In this document: positions 39,920-53,522 of the stretch, in pieces
How the letters are laid out: the number at the start of each line of letters is the position of its first letter
Numbering within the stretch: position 1 is the stretch's first letter
From: Octopus sinensis
Taxonomy: Eukaryota
Direction of reading: 5' to 3'
Length of the DNA: 64,000 nucleotides
NCBI RefSeq assembly: GCF_006345805.1
Contig: NC_043007.1
Coordinates: 1,860,001-1,924,000, forward strand
Position numbers and translations under genes: made by a program
The notes under the pieces: generated by a model
Database searches by the model: none
Seen by the model: only the letters and a program-made list of their open reading frames with translations
Told to the model about the DNA's origin: nothing

Positions 39920-42648
39920 GTAAGGGAGTTTATTATGACCCTTGAAATTTGTTTCTTTTTAATTCCTATTTTTTTTAAGAAACACACAAAAGCCGTTCGA
40001 TTCACTTCAACTTTTAAGTTTAATTTGTCAAAATATTTTTGTCGCTTTAAGACTGCGACCTGTTCACTGACAAAAATCCATGCTATGGGTTTCTTAAATG
40101 GCTTACAAACACCTTCCACGCTGCAATTGTTTTCGTTTCAGCACACGATCTCAGATCAAATCACTTGCTATGCAAGTACATCTCCGTAATTCCTTTTTTT
40201 TTGTTTTTCCCTAATTATTTGATCTTTTTCTCACCATATTTCTGTTGAAATATATTGTCTTTCTTTCAAATAATTTCAAATAATGAAGAATTATGTAGAA
40301 TAACTTTGTCATTCCTAATCCTTTTGACACCAAACCCTCTTGAGACTATTCCTGATTCTATGATACCAAATTCCTGTTTTAAGTTCATCTAGGTTAAGAT
40401 TTCCCATTAAAATTTCAAATTAAATTATGTTCTAAATACAGCTTAATAATGACAATGTTATTTTAGGAAACTTGTCATTATTTTTGAAAATTAGCTGAAA
40501 TAAGGATTGTGTATTTCAACAGAAACAGTGTAACAAAAATGTTAATTTGAGGCTTGGAATATAAATTAGGAAATGTTCATTGAATGATTAAATTTAAATC
40601 ACTTTTAAACAAAGAATTTTGCACCAAAAGACCAGAGGCAGTTTTAGTCTGGATGTGGCATCAAAAGGGTTAATACCATCTGAGTTAGTCATGGGTTCAA
40701 TAATCCAAAATGACCCGTTAAGTTTAATATCTTCATTCATTATTTTCTTCAAGAACTGTTTTTTATTTTATTTATGTTCCAGACATCATCTCAATTACAG
40801 AAGACTTAGTTCTTTTTACTAAATCTATTCTGTTGAAATTCTTAACAATTTCTAAAGCCATGACATGTGTGGGCAGTGCTTTTAAAGAAGAGTCTGGTTA
40901 CAGATTATTTTTAAATGTATATATCATCATCATCATTGTTTAACGTCCGTTTTCCATGCTAGCATGGGTTGGACGGTTCAACCGGGGTCTGGGAAGCCAG
41001 GAGGCTGCACAAGTCTCCAGTCTGATCTAGCGGTGTTTCTACAGCTGGATGCCATTCCTAACACCAACCACTCCATGAATGTAAACATATATATATATAT
41101 ATATATATTAAAAGACATAGACGTGATTTTTTTTTTTTACTTCTTACCATACTTTGAACCTCTTGACCCCTCACACATGCCCCTCTCCTCTCTCTTATTC
41201 TCTCTGTCAGTCAAGGAGCTCTTAAATTTTGAACATTACAAAGCCACCTCACTAGTGCCAGTGTCTGGAAAAGCTCTAGTATACTCTAGAAAATGGTCGG
41301 CATTAGGAAGAGTGTCCATCCATGGAACCCTGGCCAAAACTGAGATGTGATCCCTTAATCCGTTGGATCCCGTCGAACCATCCAAACCATTGTGCCAATA
41401 TGGAAAGCATATCTGAAATGATGATGGTTTTAAGTTTTACTTATTTATTTCTTTGAGATTGACTTTAAGCCTTTAGCATTCAGATTTTTGTCCAGTTAAG
41501 TGCTTATTTATTCATATTGTTTGGAATTTCTCAGTCATTGTCCTGTAGCTTCAATATTGCATTGATGATGATCATCATAATCATCGTTTTACACTTGCTT
41601 TCCATGCTGGCATGGGTTGGATGGTTTGACTGAGTCCTGGCGAGGCAGGAGGCTGCACCAGGCTCCATTCTGATCTGGAAAAGTTTCTACAGCTAGATGC
41701 CCTTCCTAACACCAACCACTCCGAGAGTGTAGTGGGTGCTTTTACGTGCCACCGGCATGAATGCCAGTCAGGCGGTACTGGTAACAACTACGCTCAAATG
41801 GTGTTTTTTACTTGCCATCTGCACAGGAGTCAGTCTGACGGCACTGGCAATGACCACGCTTGAATGTTCTTTTCTATGTGCCACCGGCACAGGTGCCAGT
41901 AAGGCGACACTGACAATGATCATGCTTGAATGGTGCTTTTTACATTACACTGGCATGGGAACCAGTCAACAGCCCTGGCAACAATCATGCTTTTAACATT
42001 CCACTGGCACGGGTGCCATTCAGGCAGTACTGTCATCGGCCACGTCAGCGATTTTTATTTCACTTGCCTCAACAGGTCTTCGCAAGCAAAGTTTTTGCCC
42101 ATGAATGAAGGATACTCATAAGTGGGCTGGTTATGCACCAGTCATAGGCTACAGGTTATGGTCTCACTTGGCTTGCTGGGGCTGCTCAAGAACAGCATAT
42201 CTTCAAAGATCTCGGTCACTAGTCAATGCTTCGGTGAGGCCCAATGTTTGAAGGTTGTGCTTCACCACCTCACCCCAGGTCTTCCTGGGTCTACCTCATG
42301 ATTTTATATTTTGAGAATGGTAGGGTAAGTGTAAGAGGTTGGATCTGGTCAGTTTTAACTGAAAACAAGTAGAATATTTTGGCCAGATATGTCCGGTTTA
42401 AATGCTAAAGGGTCAAATTCCTTCAACTCTTAGAGTGACTCTTTTACTCTTTTACTTGTTTCAGTCATTTGATTGCGGCCATGCTGGAGCACCGCCTTTA
42501 GTCAAATCAAATTGACCCCAGGACTTATTCTTTGTAAGCCCAGTACTTATTCTATTGGTCTCTTTTGCCAAACCACTAAGTTACAGGGACCTAAACACAC
42601 CAGCATCAGTTGTCAAGTGATGTTGGGGGGAAAAACACTGATACACAC

Positions 42649-42693
<45 letters not shown>

Positions 42694-44747
42694 TACGACA
42701 GGCTTCTTTCAGTTTCCGGCTACCAAATCCACTCATTAGGCTTTGGTTGGTTGGCCCGAGGCTATAGTAGAAGACACTTGCCCAAGGTGCCACGCAGTAG
42801 GACTGAACCCGAAACCATGTGGTTCGTAAGCAACCTACTTACCACACAGCCACTCCAAATTTTTTTATTGATTTCCTTATTGTAAAACCAAAACTGGAAA
42901 AGATTCCTGGCGATTTTGCTATCCAGAATATTTATGAAATAATATTGGTTGGCGTTAGGAAGGGCATCCAGCTGTAGAAACACTGCCAGATCAGACTGGA
43001 GCCTGGTGCAGCCTACTGGCTTCCCAGACCCCAGTTGAACCGTCTAACCCATGCTAGCATGGAAAACGGACGTTAAACTATGATGATGATGATTATGATT
43101 TATGCCTGCATCTTTTATTCAAACAGTTCAGCTCATTTTTATTGCTTCTTTATTACTATTATCATTTATTATCATATTGTTAAGCTTTATTTCCTATAAT
43201 GATCTGATAATAACTGAAAAAAATCATTATTAAGGTATGATTAATTTACGCTAATTAATTTATGCTAATTAAGCTAATTTACTTTATTGGAAAAGAGATG
43301 ACACCGAAATTGTTTCTTTGCTTGTTGAGCAGCGAATTTGCTCCTAGATTTCAAGATAATCCAAAAAATAATTTTCTGAAATTTATGTTAAAGAATTTAA
43401 GCTTTTATATAACATAGTTTAATTGATTTCTTTTGAATTCCATATGAAACCAATTTTTTTTTCTGGATTTTTCCTTTTTTTGTTTGGTTTGGTTTTGGTC
43501 TGGAGGGGTAGGGCTCTTTTATAGATTGTGTGACTTTTGGAAACAGGTGAACTCGGCATGATTAATGATATAAGTGGTTGATGGCTGCTTGAAAAAAAAA
43601 ATGTGCCACGAATGATGGAACTCCATTGGGCTGAAATTCTAGGGAGCAGTCATCAGGCATAGGGGTCAGTGTAGGCCATAGAGATGAGGTGATGGGTACA
43701 TAATACGAGAAATGAATGTGTAGGTGTAAATGGTTCAAGATCAGATCAGTCAACTCTCAGGAACAGAGGTCAAAGTATAAAAGGTCCCAGTATAAAATTT
43801 CGCAATGGAAAAAGTGTAGAGAGGAGACAGAATGCCTGTGGATCAGAAGTTTGATTGTGTTGAATGAGATGTTGAAATTCATTACAGAAATAAAACGATT
43901 TTAGTTTTGTTGAGCTGGGAAATGAATGGAATACCTCGTGTGTGTCTTGTGGCTAACCCCGCCTAAACAAAAATGGGTAATAGTCCTGGGTGTATATATA
44001 TATATATCATCATCATGATCATCATCATCATTGTTGTCGCCATTTGATATCTGCTTTTCATGCTGGCATGGGTTGGACGGTTTGACTGAGGACTGGCGAG
44101 CCAGATGGCTGCACCAGGCTCCAATCTAATCTGCCCTTCCTAATGCCAACTACTCCAAGAGTGTAGTGGGTACTTTTATGTGCCACTGGCCCAAGGGCTA
44201 GTCAGGTGGTTCTGGCAGCGATCACGCTCAAAAGTTGTTTTTTATGCGCTACGTGCACGGCAGCCAGTCCTGCAGCACCGGCAACGACCACACTTGAATG
44301 TTGTTTTTCATGTGCCAGTAAGGCAATGCTGGCAACGATCGTGCTCGAATGGTGCTTTTTACATGCCACTGACACATGAGCCAATCTGTGGCCCTGGCAA
44401 TGATCACGCACAGATGTGCTTCTAACATTCCACTGGCACGAGTGCCAATCAGGTGATACTGTCATCGGCCACGTCAGCAATTTTGATTTTGATTTTGCTT
44501 ATATATATATATATACATATACTCTTTTACTCTGTTTTGCTTGTTTCAGTCATTTGACTGTGGCCATGCTGGAGCCCCGCCTTTAGTCGAGCAAATTGAC
44601 CTCAGGACTTATTCTTTGTAAGCCTAGTACTTATTCAATCAGTCTCTTTTGCCAAACCGCTAAGTTACGGCGACTTAAACACACCAGCATCGGTTGTCAA
44701 GCGATGTTGGGGAGACTAACACAGACACACAAAACATATACACACAT

Positions 44748-44812
<65 letters not shown>

Positions 44813-44825
44813 CATATATGTATAT

Positions 44826-44884
<59 letters not shown>

Positions 44885-45936
44885 TGTATATATATTGGGC
44901 TTTAGTAGAAGATGTTTACTTGATGTGCCTTTGCAGTGGAACTGATTTTAAAATCATGTGATTGTGAAGTAAGCTTCTAATCAGACAGCTTTGTAATAAT
45001 GAAATTTTGGTTCGAGATTTAAATTTAAAATATGAACACTTTAATAGAAATGATTTGGGTGAAGTTGGTATTGAAAGGGTTAGAGAAGATTTCCTTTTTT
45101 TCTTTGTTTTGCTGTCTGTAATACTTAAATTGGAAAATAGTTACCAAAATCTGGTCCTGTCTAATATAACATTATTACACTTTGTTATAGTAGCCTACGA
45201 TAATTCTGCTGTGTTGATGGCGAAGGAAGTTCTGGGCTAATACAAGGGTGCTAAATTCATCTATAACACAAGTTCCTGCATAATCACATCAATTTAGTTT
45301 GCTAAACATCATAGGCCTGCAATGCAAAGGTGCCCATTTTGGAGCAATTTGGTAAATTACTGATGGAATAACTTCTTTTATTAGTCTACAATCCAAGTAA
45401 ATATCTACCAGGTGCTTTTTCTTTCCCTTTTTTGTGGGGAGGGAAGTTCAGTTAAATTCTTTCAAAATCTATTTGTCACAACCTCCTAGTTGCTCTTTTA
45501 TGCTGAAAGAATTACTGACCACTATTGTAAAATAATAGGCTTTTAATAAAGACAGATATTTACATCAGCATAAATTGTAGAGTGCTGAAAAAGGCAAAAA
45601 AATGTTTTCCACATTAACCCCATAAACAAGTTTCTGGTGTTGGTTTTTAGCTGATAATTATTTGCTCAGAACCAATGAGAAGCTGATAAATTCTTCATGC
45701 AGAATAACTTGTACACTTTGAAAGGTTCTGGAAATGTGCAAACTCTTCCAAATGTCTTATTTCTTGGTCAGTTTTCCTAGCTGGTTTGTGTCTTAACCTA
45801 GACAACTACAGATGTATGCTTCCTTCTTATTTTAACATTAGTTGGTAGTGCAGTTCTATATTTAAGAGATGAGGAATTATATACATTGTTTACATTTGAC
45901 GGATATTTCTCCTCATCTTGTTTGTTGTTAACAAAT

Positions 45937-46007
45937 GGGCATATGGCGTAGTGGTTAAGAGCATGGGCTACTAACCCCAAGATTCCAAGTTCGATTCCTG
46001 GCACTGA

Positions 46008-46048
<41 letters not shown>

Positions 46049-46217
46049 GCGGCGGCAGTGATTTTAAAAAAATAGCATTGAAAAATAGCTTAGGAATTAG
46101 AACCCAGGTTCAAAATTTCCCCAAGACACCTGATGAAGGCTGGTGGGTATATCAGCTGAAACGTTGTGTTAACAACAAACAAGATGAGGACAAATGTCTG
46201 TTGAATGTAAATAATGT
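45937..46217 (+). mobile_element. tRNA-headed SINE-like element with (AAT)n and a hammerhead-ribozyme tail (family A)
   Basis: A box TGGCGTAGTGG, anticodon-loop-like CTACTAA, B box AGTTCGATTCC, (AAT)n, then a tail with CTGATGA...GAAAC. Homologous to 30756-31019. Confidence 0.8.
46125..46170 (+). ncRNA. minimal type-I hammerhead ribozyme motif
   Basis: Stem I GACAC/GUGUU, core CUGAUGA(+A), stem II GGCUG/CAGCU, GAAA, palindromic stem III ACGU, GUU triplet. Confidence 0.75.
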
Positions 46218-48038
46218 TAGTTGGTAGTGTCTTCACACATTCAAGTCTAACCACAGCTAAGTCTTACAATGTATTTCTGGGTAGTCTGTCATTACTTTAT
46301 TAAGCTTGGTATCTGATATAGTTACTACCAGGGTGTGTAGAAAGTGGAAGCACACCCTAGGTATGTTTTGTTACAGGTCTCACAGAGGCGATGACCAAGA
46401 CCCTTGGTATTATGTCATGCTTGAGAAGAAAACCCATCAAGCCAAGCAAAATTGCACCAGTGGCAGATACTGGTGTCGCGCAAATGGCACCCATGCTGGT
46501 GGTACATAGAAGCACCTATTACACTCTTAGAATGGTTGGCATTAGGAAGGGTATCCAACCGTAGACAACCATACCAAATCAGATTGGAGTCTGGTGCAGC
46601 CTCCCAGTTTACCAGCCCCAGTCAAACCATCCAACCCATGCCGGCATGGACAACAGACGTTAAATGATGATGATCCTTTGCCAGAGCAAAATAACAGTAC
46701 CTTCTTACCGGTTGTATTAGAAGAACCTATTTCACCTACTTTTGGAAGGGCATCAGGTAATCGCTTGAATCCATGAGTCCTTTACTCTGCCTGTCAAGTT
46801 TGCATCATAAATTGGAAATAACCGGAAAAAGAATGAATTGTGGTGTATCATGAGTCTGGAGAGAACTGACTAACCATTTTGAAGATTGCTTCTTTTGTAT
46901 GCTTAGTGATTGCAGACAAATACTCTCTCAAATGCTGGTGCCATGAAAATAATGCACCAAATACTCTCTGTAAGAAGAAGAAGCATCTAGCTGTGGAAAT
47001 CATGTCAAAATAAAAGCAAAGGAGTGAGACATGGTCCTGTGACCACAGCTAGGAGAGGTGTAACCCCAAATGAGAAAGTGCTGACTCAAATTGTGAGGAT
47101 CTCTCTAACCCATGCCATCTTGGAAAACCAACTTGAGATGATGATGACAATGACTCCAACACCCTCTCTGATTTTCATCTATGGTTCTATTATGTGTAGT
47201 TCATATGCACCAAATTGGTAAAGTTTGAAAATGCAGTTCTGAAACAAAAATACAAAACAGAAGTCTTGATGTGCAACAAAAGTTCTAAGAGCAGGCTTGA
47301 AATCAAAACCCCAAAATTAAATTTGCTAAACGTCTTTCATGCAAAAAGAAAAACAAAAGCTACGCTAATGTGGTTTTGTTATTTTTTTTTACCAAATTCT
47401 TCCTACTGTTATTAACTGTGTAGCTTCGTTAAGTCTACTGTAATTGATCAAGAATTGTTAATAATGCAGAGACTATCTGTCAATTGACAATAAAACATTT
47501 TTTTGTTGTTGTTTTCTTGCTTCTGTATTTGTTTGTTTTTTTTAATCTTTTTTTTATTGCATACTCACAAACAAACTCTGTGGTACAGCATGTGGGTGTT
47601 TGTTGCTGCGAAATAACTTCATTTTGTTACATTTGATGTAAAACGTTGTCAGTGTCAGTCGGTACATGTTAAGAAATTCCTACATGTGAACTTGAGGTAA
47701 ACCAAGTGTATATAATAACATCTCACTTCTCTCCTACACTCAGCTGTTCAAAGTTGATTGTTTCACATGTTTAGGTACAATGTCTCTCTGTAATTTCCCA
47801 ATATTTCCGAAATTCTTATTTGTTTTTCTGTCAGAAATTTTATCATCATTATTATCATTGTCATCATCATCATCATCATTATTATCATTATTATTATCAT
47901 CATCATCATCATCATCATCATCAACATTATTATTATTATCATTATCATCATCATTATCATCATTATTATCATCATTATCATCATCATCATTATTATCATC
48001 ATCATCATCATCATTATTATTATTATCATTATTATCAT

Positions 48039-51000
48039 CTGGTAAGACAGCTGATGCTATATTCCTGGTAAGACAGCTTCAGAGAAATACCTAGCCAAAG
48101 GTAAGCCCTTGTACCTGGCTTTTGTTGACTTAGAGAAAGCCTTTGACAGGGTCCCCCGATCCCTTATCTGGTGGTCAATGAGGAAACTAGGGATAGATGA
48201 ATGGTTAGTGAGAGCTGTGCGAGCCATGTACAGAGACGCAGCTAGTAAGGTGAGGGTTGGCAACGAGTACAGTGAAGAATTCCGGGTAGAGGTTGGGGTC
48301 CACCAAGGTTCAGTCCTCAGCCCCCTCCTATTTATCATAGTCCTCCAGGCAATAACGGAAGAATTTAAGACAGGATGCCCCTGGGAGCTCCTATATGCTG
48401 ATGACCTTGCTCTAATTGCTGAGTCACTATCAGAACTGGAGGAGAAGTTTCAGGTGTGGAAACAAGGATTAGAATCGAAGGGCCTTAGAATCAACCTAGC
48501 CAAAACCAAAGTCCTAATAAGTAGGAAGGTGGACCAACCACAAACGACTTCAGGTAGATGGCCCTGCTCGATCTGTAAAAAAGGTGTAGGTAGAAACTCT
48601 ATAAGGTGCACCAAGTGTAAGCTATGGACACATAAGAGGTGCAGCAATGTCAAAGGAAGGCTAACTAAGAAAATAGTTTTTGTCTGTGGCAGATGCTCAG
48701 GAGAAATAAACACTGGAAATGTGCAGAGACCAACTTCTACCACGTTCCAGGGAGACAAACTAGAAGTAGTTGATAGCTTCCGCTACCTAGGAGACCAAGT
48801 CAGTAGCGGGGGTGGGTGTGCTGAAAGTGTAACTGCTAGAGTAAGAATAGCCTGGGCAAAGTTTAGAGAGCTCTTACCCCTGCTGGTGACAAAAGGCCTC
48901 TCGCTAAGAGTAAAAGGCAGACTATATGATGCGTGTGTACGTACAGCCATGCTACATGGTAGTGAAACATGGGCCGTGACAGCTGAGGATATGCGTAAGC
49001 TTGCAAGAAATGAAGCCAGTATGCTCCGATGGATGTGTAATGTCAGTGTTCATAATCGTCAGAGTGTAAGTACTTTGAGAGAAAAGTTGAACCTAAGAAG
49101 TGTCAGTTGTGGTGTGCAAGAGAGACGGCTGCGCTGGTATGGTCATGTGACGAGAATGGCTGAAGATAGTTGTGTGCAAAAGTGCTACACCCTAGCAGTT
49201 GAGGGAACCTGTGGAAGAGGTAGACCCAGGAAAACCTGGGACGAGGTGGTGAAGCACGACCTTCGAACTTTAGGTCTCACCAAGGAAATGACTGAAGACC
49301 GAGTCCTATGGAAGTGTGCTGTGCATGAGAGGACCCGGCAGGACTAGTCAGGCCATATCCCGTGGCCCCTACCTGGGACGTAGTCGATCCACCTGTGCAT
49401 ACCTTCCTTCTTGTGACACTTGTGAAGACCTGCTGAGGCAAGTGAAAATCAATCAAAATAGATGAACATCAATGGAATTTGTATCTTTGTGGTACCAGTG
49501 CCTGTGGCACACAAGAAAACCATCCGAACGTGGCCGTAGCCAGTACCGCATCGACTGGCCTCCGTGCTGTGGGAACATGGTGGCACATAAAAACACCATC
49601 CGAAGACCCGGCAAGACTAGTCAGGTCATAACCCGTGGGCCCTACCTGGGACGTAGTCAGTCCACCTGTACATACCTTCCTTCTTGTGACACTTGTGAAG
49701 ACCTGCTGAGGCAAGTGAAAATCAATTCAAATCAAAACAAATCAAAATAAAATGAACATCAATGGAATTTGTATCCTTGTGGTACCAGTGCCGGTGGCAC
49801 ACAAGAATCCATCCGAACATGGCCGTAGTCAGTACCGCTTGTGGTACCAGTGCCGGTGGCACACAAGAATCCATCCGAACGTGGCCGTAGTCAGTACCGC
49901 ATCACTCGCCATCGTGCTGTGGGCACATAACAAACACCATCCGGTCGTGGCCGTTCGCCAGCCTCATCTAGCACCTGTGTCGGTGGCACATAAAAAGTAG
50001 TCAGTACCGCTTGTGGTACCAGTGCCGGTGGCACACAAGAATCCATCCGAACATGGCCGTAGTCAGTACCGCATCACTGGCCATCGTGCTGTGGGCACAT
50101 AACAAACACCATCCGGTCGTGGCCGTTCGCCAGCCTCATCTAGCACCTGTGTCGGTGGCACATAAAAACACCTTCCGAAGACCCGGCAAGACTAGTCAGG
50201 CCATAAACCATGGCCCCTACCTGGGACGTAGTCAGTCCACCTGTGCATACCTTCCTCCTTGTGATACTTGTGAAGGCCTGTTGAGGCAAGTGAAAATCAA
50301 AATCAAAATCAAATCAAAACAAATCAAAATAGATGAACATCAATGGAATTTGTATCTTTGTGGTACCAGTGCCGGTGGCACACAAGAGAAAACCATCCGA
50401 AAGTGGCCGTAGCCAGTACCGCATCGACTGGCCTCCGTGCTGTGGGCACATGACAAACACCATCCGATCGTGGCCGTTCGCCGGCCTCATCTAGCACCTG
50501 TGTCGGTGGCACATAAAAACACCATCCGAAGACCCGGCAAGACTAGTCAGGCCATAACCCATGGCCCCTACCTGGGACATAGTCAGTCCACCTGTGCATA
50601 CCTTCCTTCTTGTGACACTTGTGAAGACCTGTTGAGGCAAGTGAAAATCAAATCAAAACAAATCAAAATAGATGAACATCAATGGAATCTGTATCTTTGT
50701 GGTACCAGTGCCGGTGGCACACAAGAGAACCATCCGAACGTGGCCGTAGCCAGTTCCACATCGACCGGCCTCCGTGCTGTGGGCACGTAACAAACACCAT
50801 CCGATCATGGCCGTTCGCCAGCCTCATTTGGCACCTGTGTCGGTGGCACATAAAAACACCTTCCGAAGACCCGGCAAGACTAGTCAGTCCACCTGTGCAT
50901 ACCTTCCTTCTTGTGACACTTGTGAAGACCGGTTGAGGCAAGTGAAAATCAAATCAAATCAAAATAGACAAAATAGATGAACATCAATGGAATTTGTATC

Positions 51001-51540
51001 CTGTGGTACCAGTGCCTGTGGCACACAAGAAATCCATCAGTGCCGTAGTCAGTGCGGTGGGCACATGACAAACACCATCCGATCGTGGCCGTTCGCCAGC
51101 CTCATCTAGCACCTGTGTCGGTGGCACATAAAAACACCATCCGAGCGTGGCCGTCTGCCAGCCTCGTCTGGCACCTGTGTCGGTGGCACATAAAAACACC
51201 ATCCGAGCGTGGCCGTCTGCCAGCCTCGTCTGGCACCTGTGTCGGTGGCACATAAAAAACACCATCCGAGCGTGGCTGTCTGCCAGCCTCGTCTGGCACC
51301 TGTGTCGGTGGCACATAAAAAACACCATCCGAGCGTGGCCGTTTGCCAGCCTCGTCTGGCACCTGTGTCGGTGGCACATAAAATCACCCACTACACTCTC
51401 GGAGTGGTTGGCGTTAGGAAGGGCATCCAGCTGTAGAAACACTGCCAGATCTGACTGGACTGGTGCAGCTTTCGGGCTCCCCAGACCCCAGTTGAACCGT
51501 CCAACCCATGCTAGCATGGAAAGCGGACGTTAAATGATGA
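48039..51540 (+). mobile_element. 5'-truncated RTE-clade non-LTR retrotransposon with ~2.2 kb modular 3' UTR, inserted in an (ATC/ATT)n microsatellite
   Basis: RT ORF to 49347, then repeated modules and a terminal ...ccaacccatgctagcatggaaagcggacgttaaa(tga)n tail. (ATC/ATT)n tracts on both sides. Confidence 0.9.
48041..49347 (+). pseudogene. RTE reverse transcriptase ORF fragment (no endonuclease; 1-nt frameshift near 48082)
   Basis: Motifs DAIFLVRQLQ/EKY, AFVDLEKAFDRVPR, GVHQGSVLSPLLF, LLYADDL, FRYLG, RLRWYGHV, GRGRPRKTW. A Cys/His-rich insert (CSIC...CTKCKLWTHKRC...CGRC) lies between YADD and FRYLG. Confidence 0.93.
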
Positions 51541-51588
51541 TGATGATGATGATCATCATCATCATCATCATCAACATTATTATTATTA

Positions 51589-51649
<61 letters not shown>

Positions 51650-51905
51650 CATTATTATTATTATTATTATCATTATTATTATTATCATCAACATCATTAT
51701 TATTATTATCATTATCAATGTTATTATTATTATTATTATTAATATTATTATTATATTATCATTATTATTATCATCAACATCATTATTATTATTATCATTA
51801 CTATTATTATTATCATTATTATTATTATTATCATTAATATTATTATTATCATTACTATTATTATTATCATTATTATTATTATTATTGTTATTATTATAAT
51901 TATTA
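51535..51905. repeat. (ATT/ATC)n microsatellite (mirror tract 47840-48038)
   Basis: Direct reading; flanks the RTE insertion. Confidence 0.95.
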
Positions 51906-52609
51906 TATGAGAAAGAATGACTGAAAATATCCCGTGTGTAAAAACCAGAACACGTTTGCCTCTTTGAAGCATGCGTATTTATTGAATTTGCGTGAATTTC
52001 CTGAAGAATAATTTTCCTTGTGAGGGATGGTGATGGGGAAGAGATAAGCAGCGATAAGTTTTGCATTATTTTAATTAATAAAAATAGAACAGCTTGTGTT
52101 GGTTAGTTGATTCCTGTTGATTGTTGAAAATACATGGTTTAAATATGAAAGGAACAGTTAAGTTTATCATCCAAAATAATAATAATAATAATAATAATAA
52201 TGATAAGAGCATTCAGAGAGTGCAAACCACTGCCAAGGCAGTACTAATGTCCTCTCAAAGATTAACCGGAGATGATTTTTAAGATGAGAATATCTGAAAT
52301 AAGCTTGACTGCTCTCACAAACAAGAATGCTAAAAATGAACCCTACTGCTCTAAAAAAATAAGTAAAAAAAACTGGAAAAATAATCCAGAATCCTTGTCT
52401 GGTACTGGATTGATCCCAAAATCTAATGAGTTTGTGTCAGTCACGAGGACTAACATCCCTGAAAGTTTCATCTGAATCCATCCAGCGGTTCTTGAGATAT
52501 CTTGTCCATGGACAAACTAACAAACAAATAAACAAGCACAACTGAAAACAATACCTCTGCCTTTGCTAAGGTGGAGGTAATAATAATAATAATCATTATT
52601 ATTAAAGCT

Positions 52610-53180
52610 GTGAGCTGGCAGAGTCGTTAACATGCTGAGCAAAGTCCTTCACAGCATTTCATCCGTCCTTACATTGGGACATCAAATTCTGCCAAAGTTA
52701 ACTCTACATTTTCATCTTTGATAAAATAAGTACCAGTTGCGTACTGGGGTCAACCTAATCCACTCATCCCCTCCTCCAAAATTGCTGCCCTGGTGGCAAA
52801 ATTTGAAACCATTATTATTATCATTAAGACGCCACCAAGGTCAACTTTGCCTGTCATCCTTTTCAGGTCAATAAATTAAGTACCAGTGAAATACTGGGGC
52901 CAATGTAAGTGACTGGTCCCCTCCCCCCAGATTTCAGGCCTTGTGCCTTTATTAGAAAGGATTATTAATATTATTAGGTTAACAAGTTGGCAGAAACATT
53001 ACCATGCTAGACAAAATGCTTAGGGACATTTCATCTGCCTTTACACTCTGAGTTCAAAATCCGCCAAAGTCGACTTTGTCTTTCATCCTTTTGGGGTCAA
53101 TTAAATAAATACCAGTTACGCACTGGGGGTCAATGTAATGGACTTAATCCCTTGCCCCAAATGTGAGGCCTTGTGCATCC
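52610..53180 (+). mobile_element. cluster of degenerate Meta-like SINE copies
   Basis: Three diverged cores, each with head or tail remnants. Confidence 0.6.
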
Positions 53181-53472
53181 AGCAGAAAAGATCGTTATTA
53201 TTATCATTTTAAAATAAAATATGGTCCGTTGTCTTCTACTGAACCAGGGTCATCCCTTGACCCTAGGGTAACAGCAGGTCCTCATTTCATGGAGAGTACA
53301 TGGCGTAAAATGTGTGCGGAACCTAGCAACACTATTTTCTAATGTTCTCCCACTTTAACACTGCAAGGGAGTTTGTTGAGCTGCTTATCAAGGCCCTTTT
53401 TAATTAGCCTAAACGCTCCAATCGCCACTGCTGCTGTACTACTTTTCATTCCCCAGAGTGTTGTTGTTGTTG

Positions 53473-53522
<50 letters not shown>

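Noticed and set aside
43560-43900. Possible decayed RTE C-terminus (HVARM-like)
   Set aside because: Too degenerate to support by eye.
49425-49450. CTG(C/T)TGAGGCAAGTGAAA in the RTE 3' UTR modules as a hammerhead
   Set aside because: No stem II pairing and no UH/stem I partner after GAAA.
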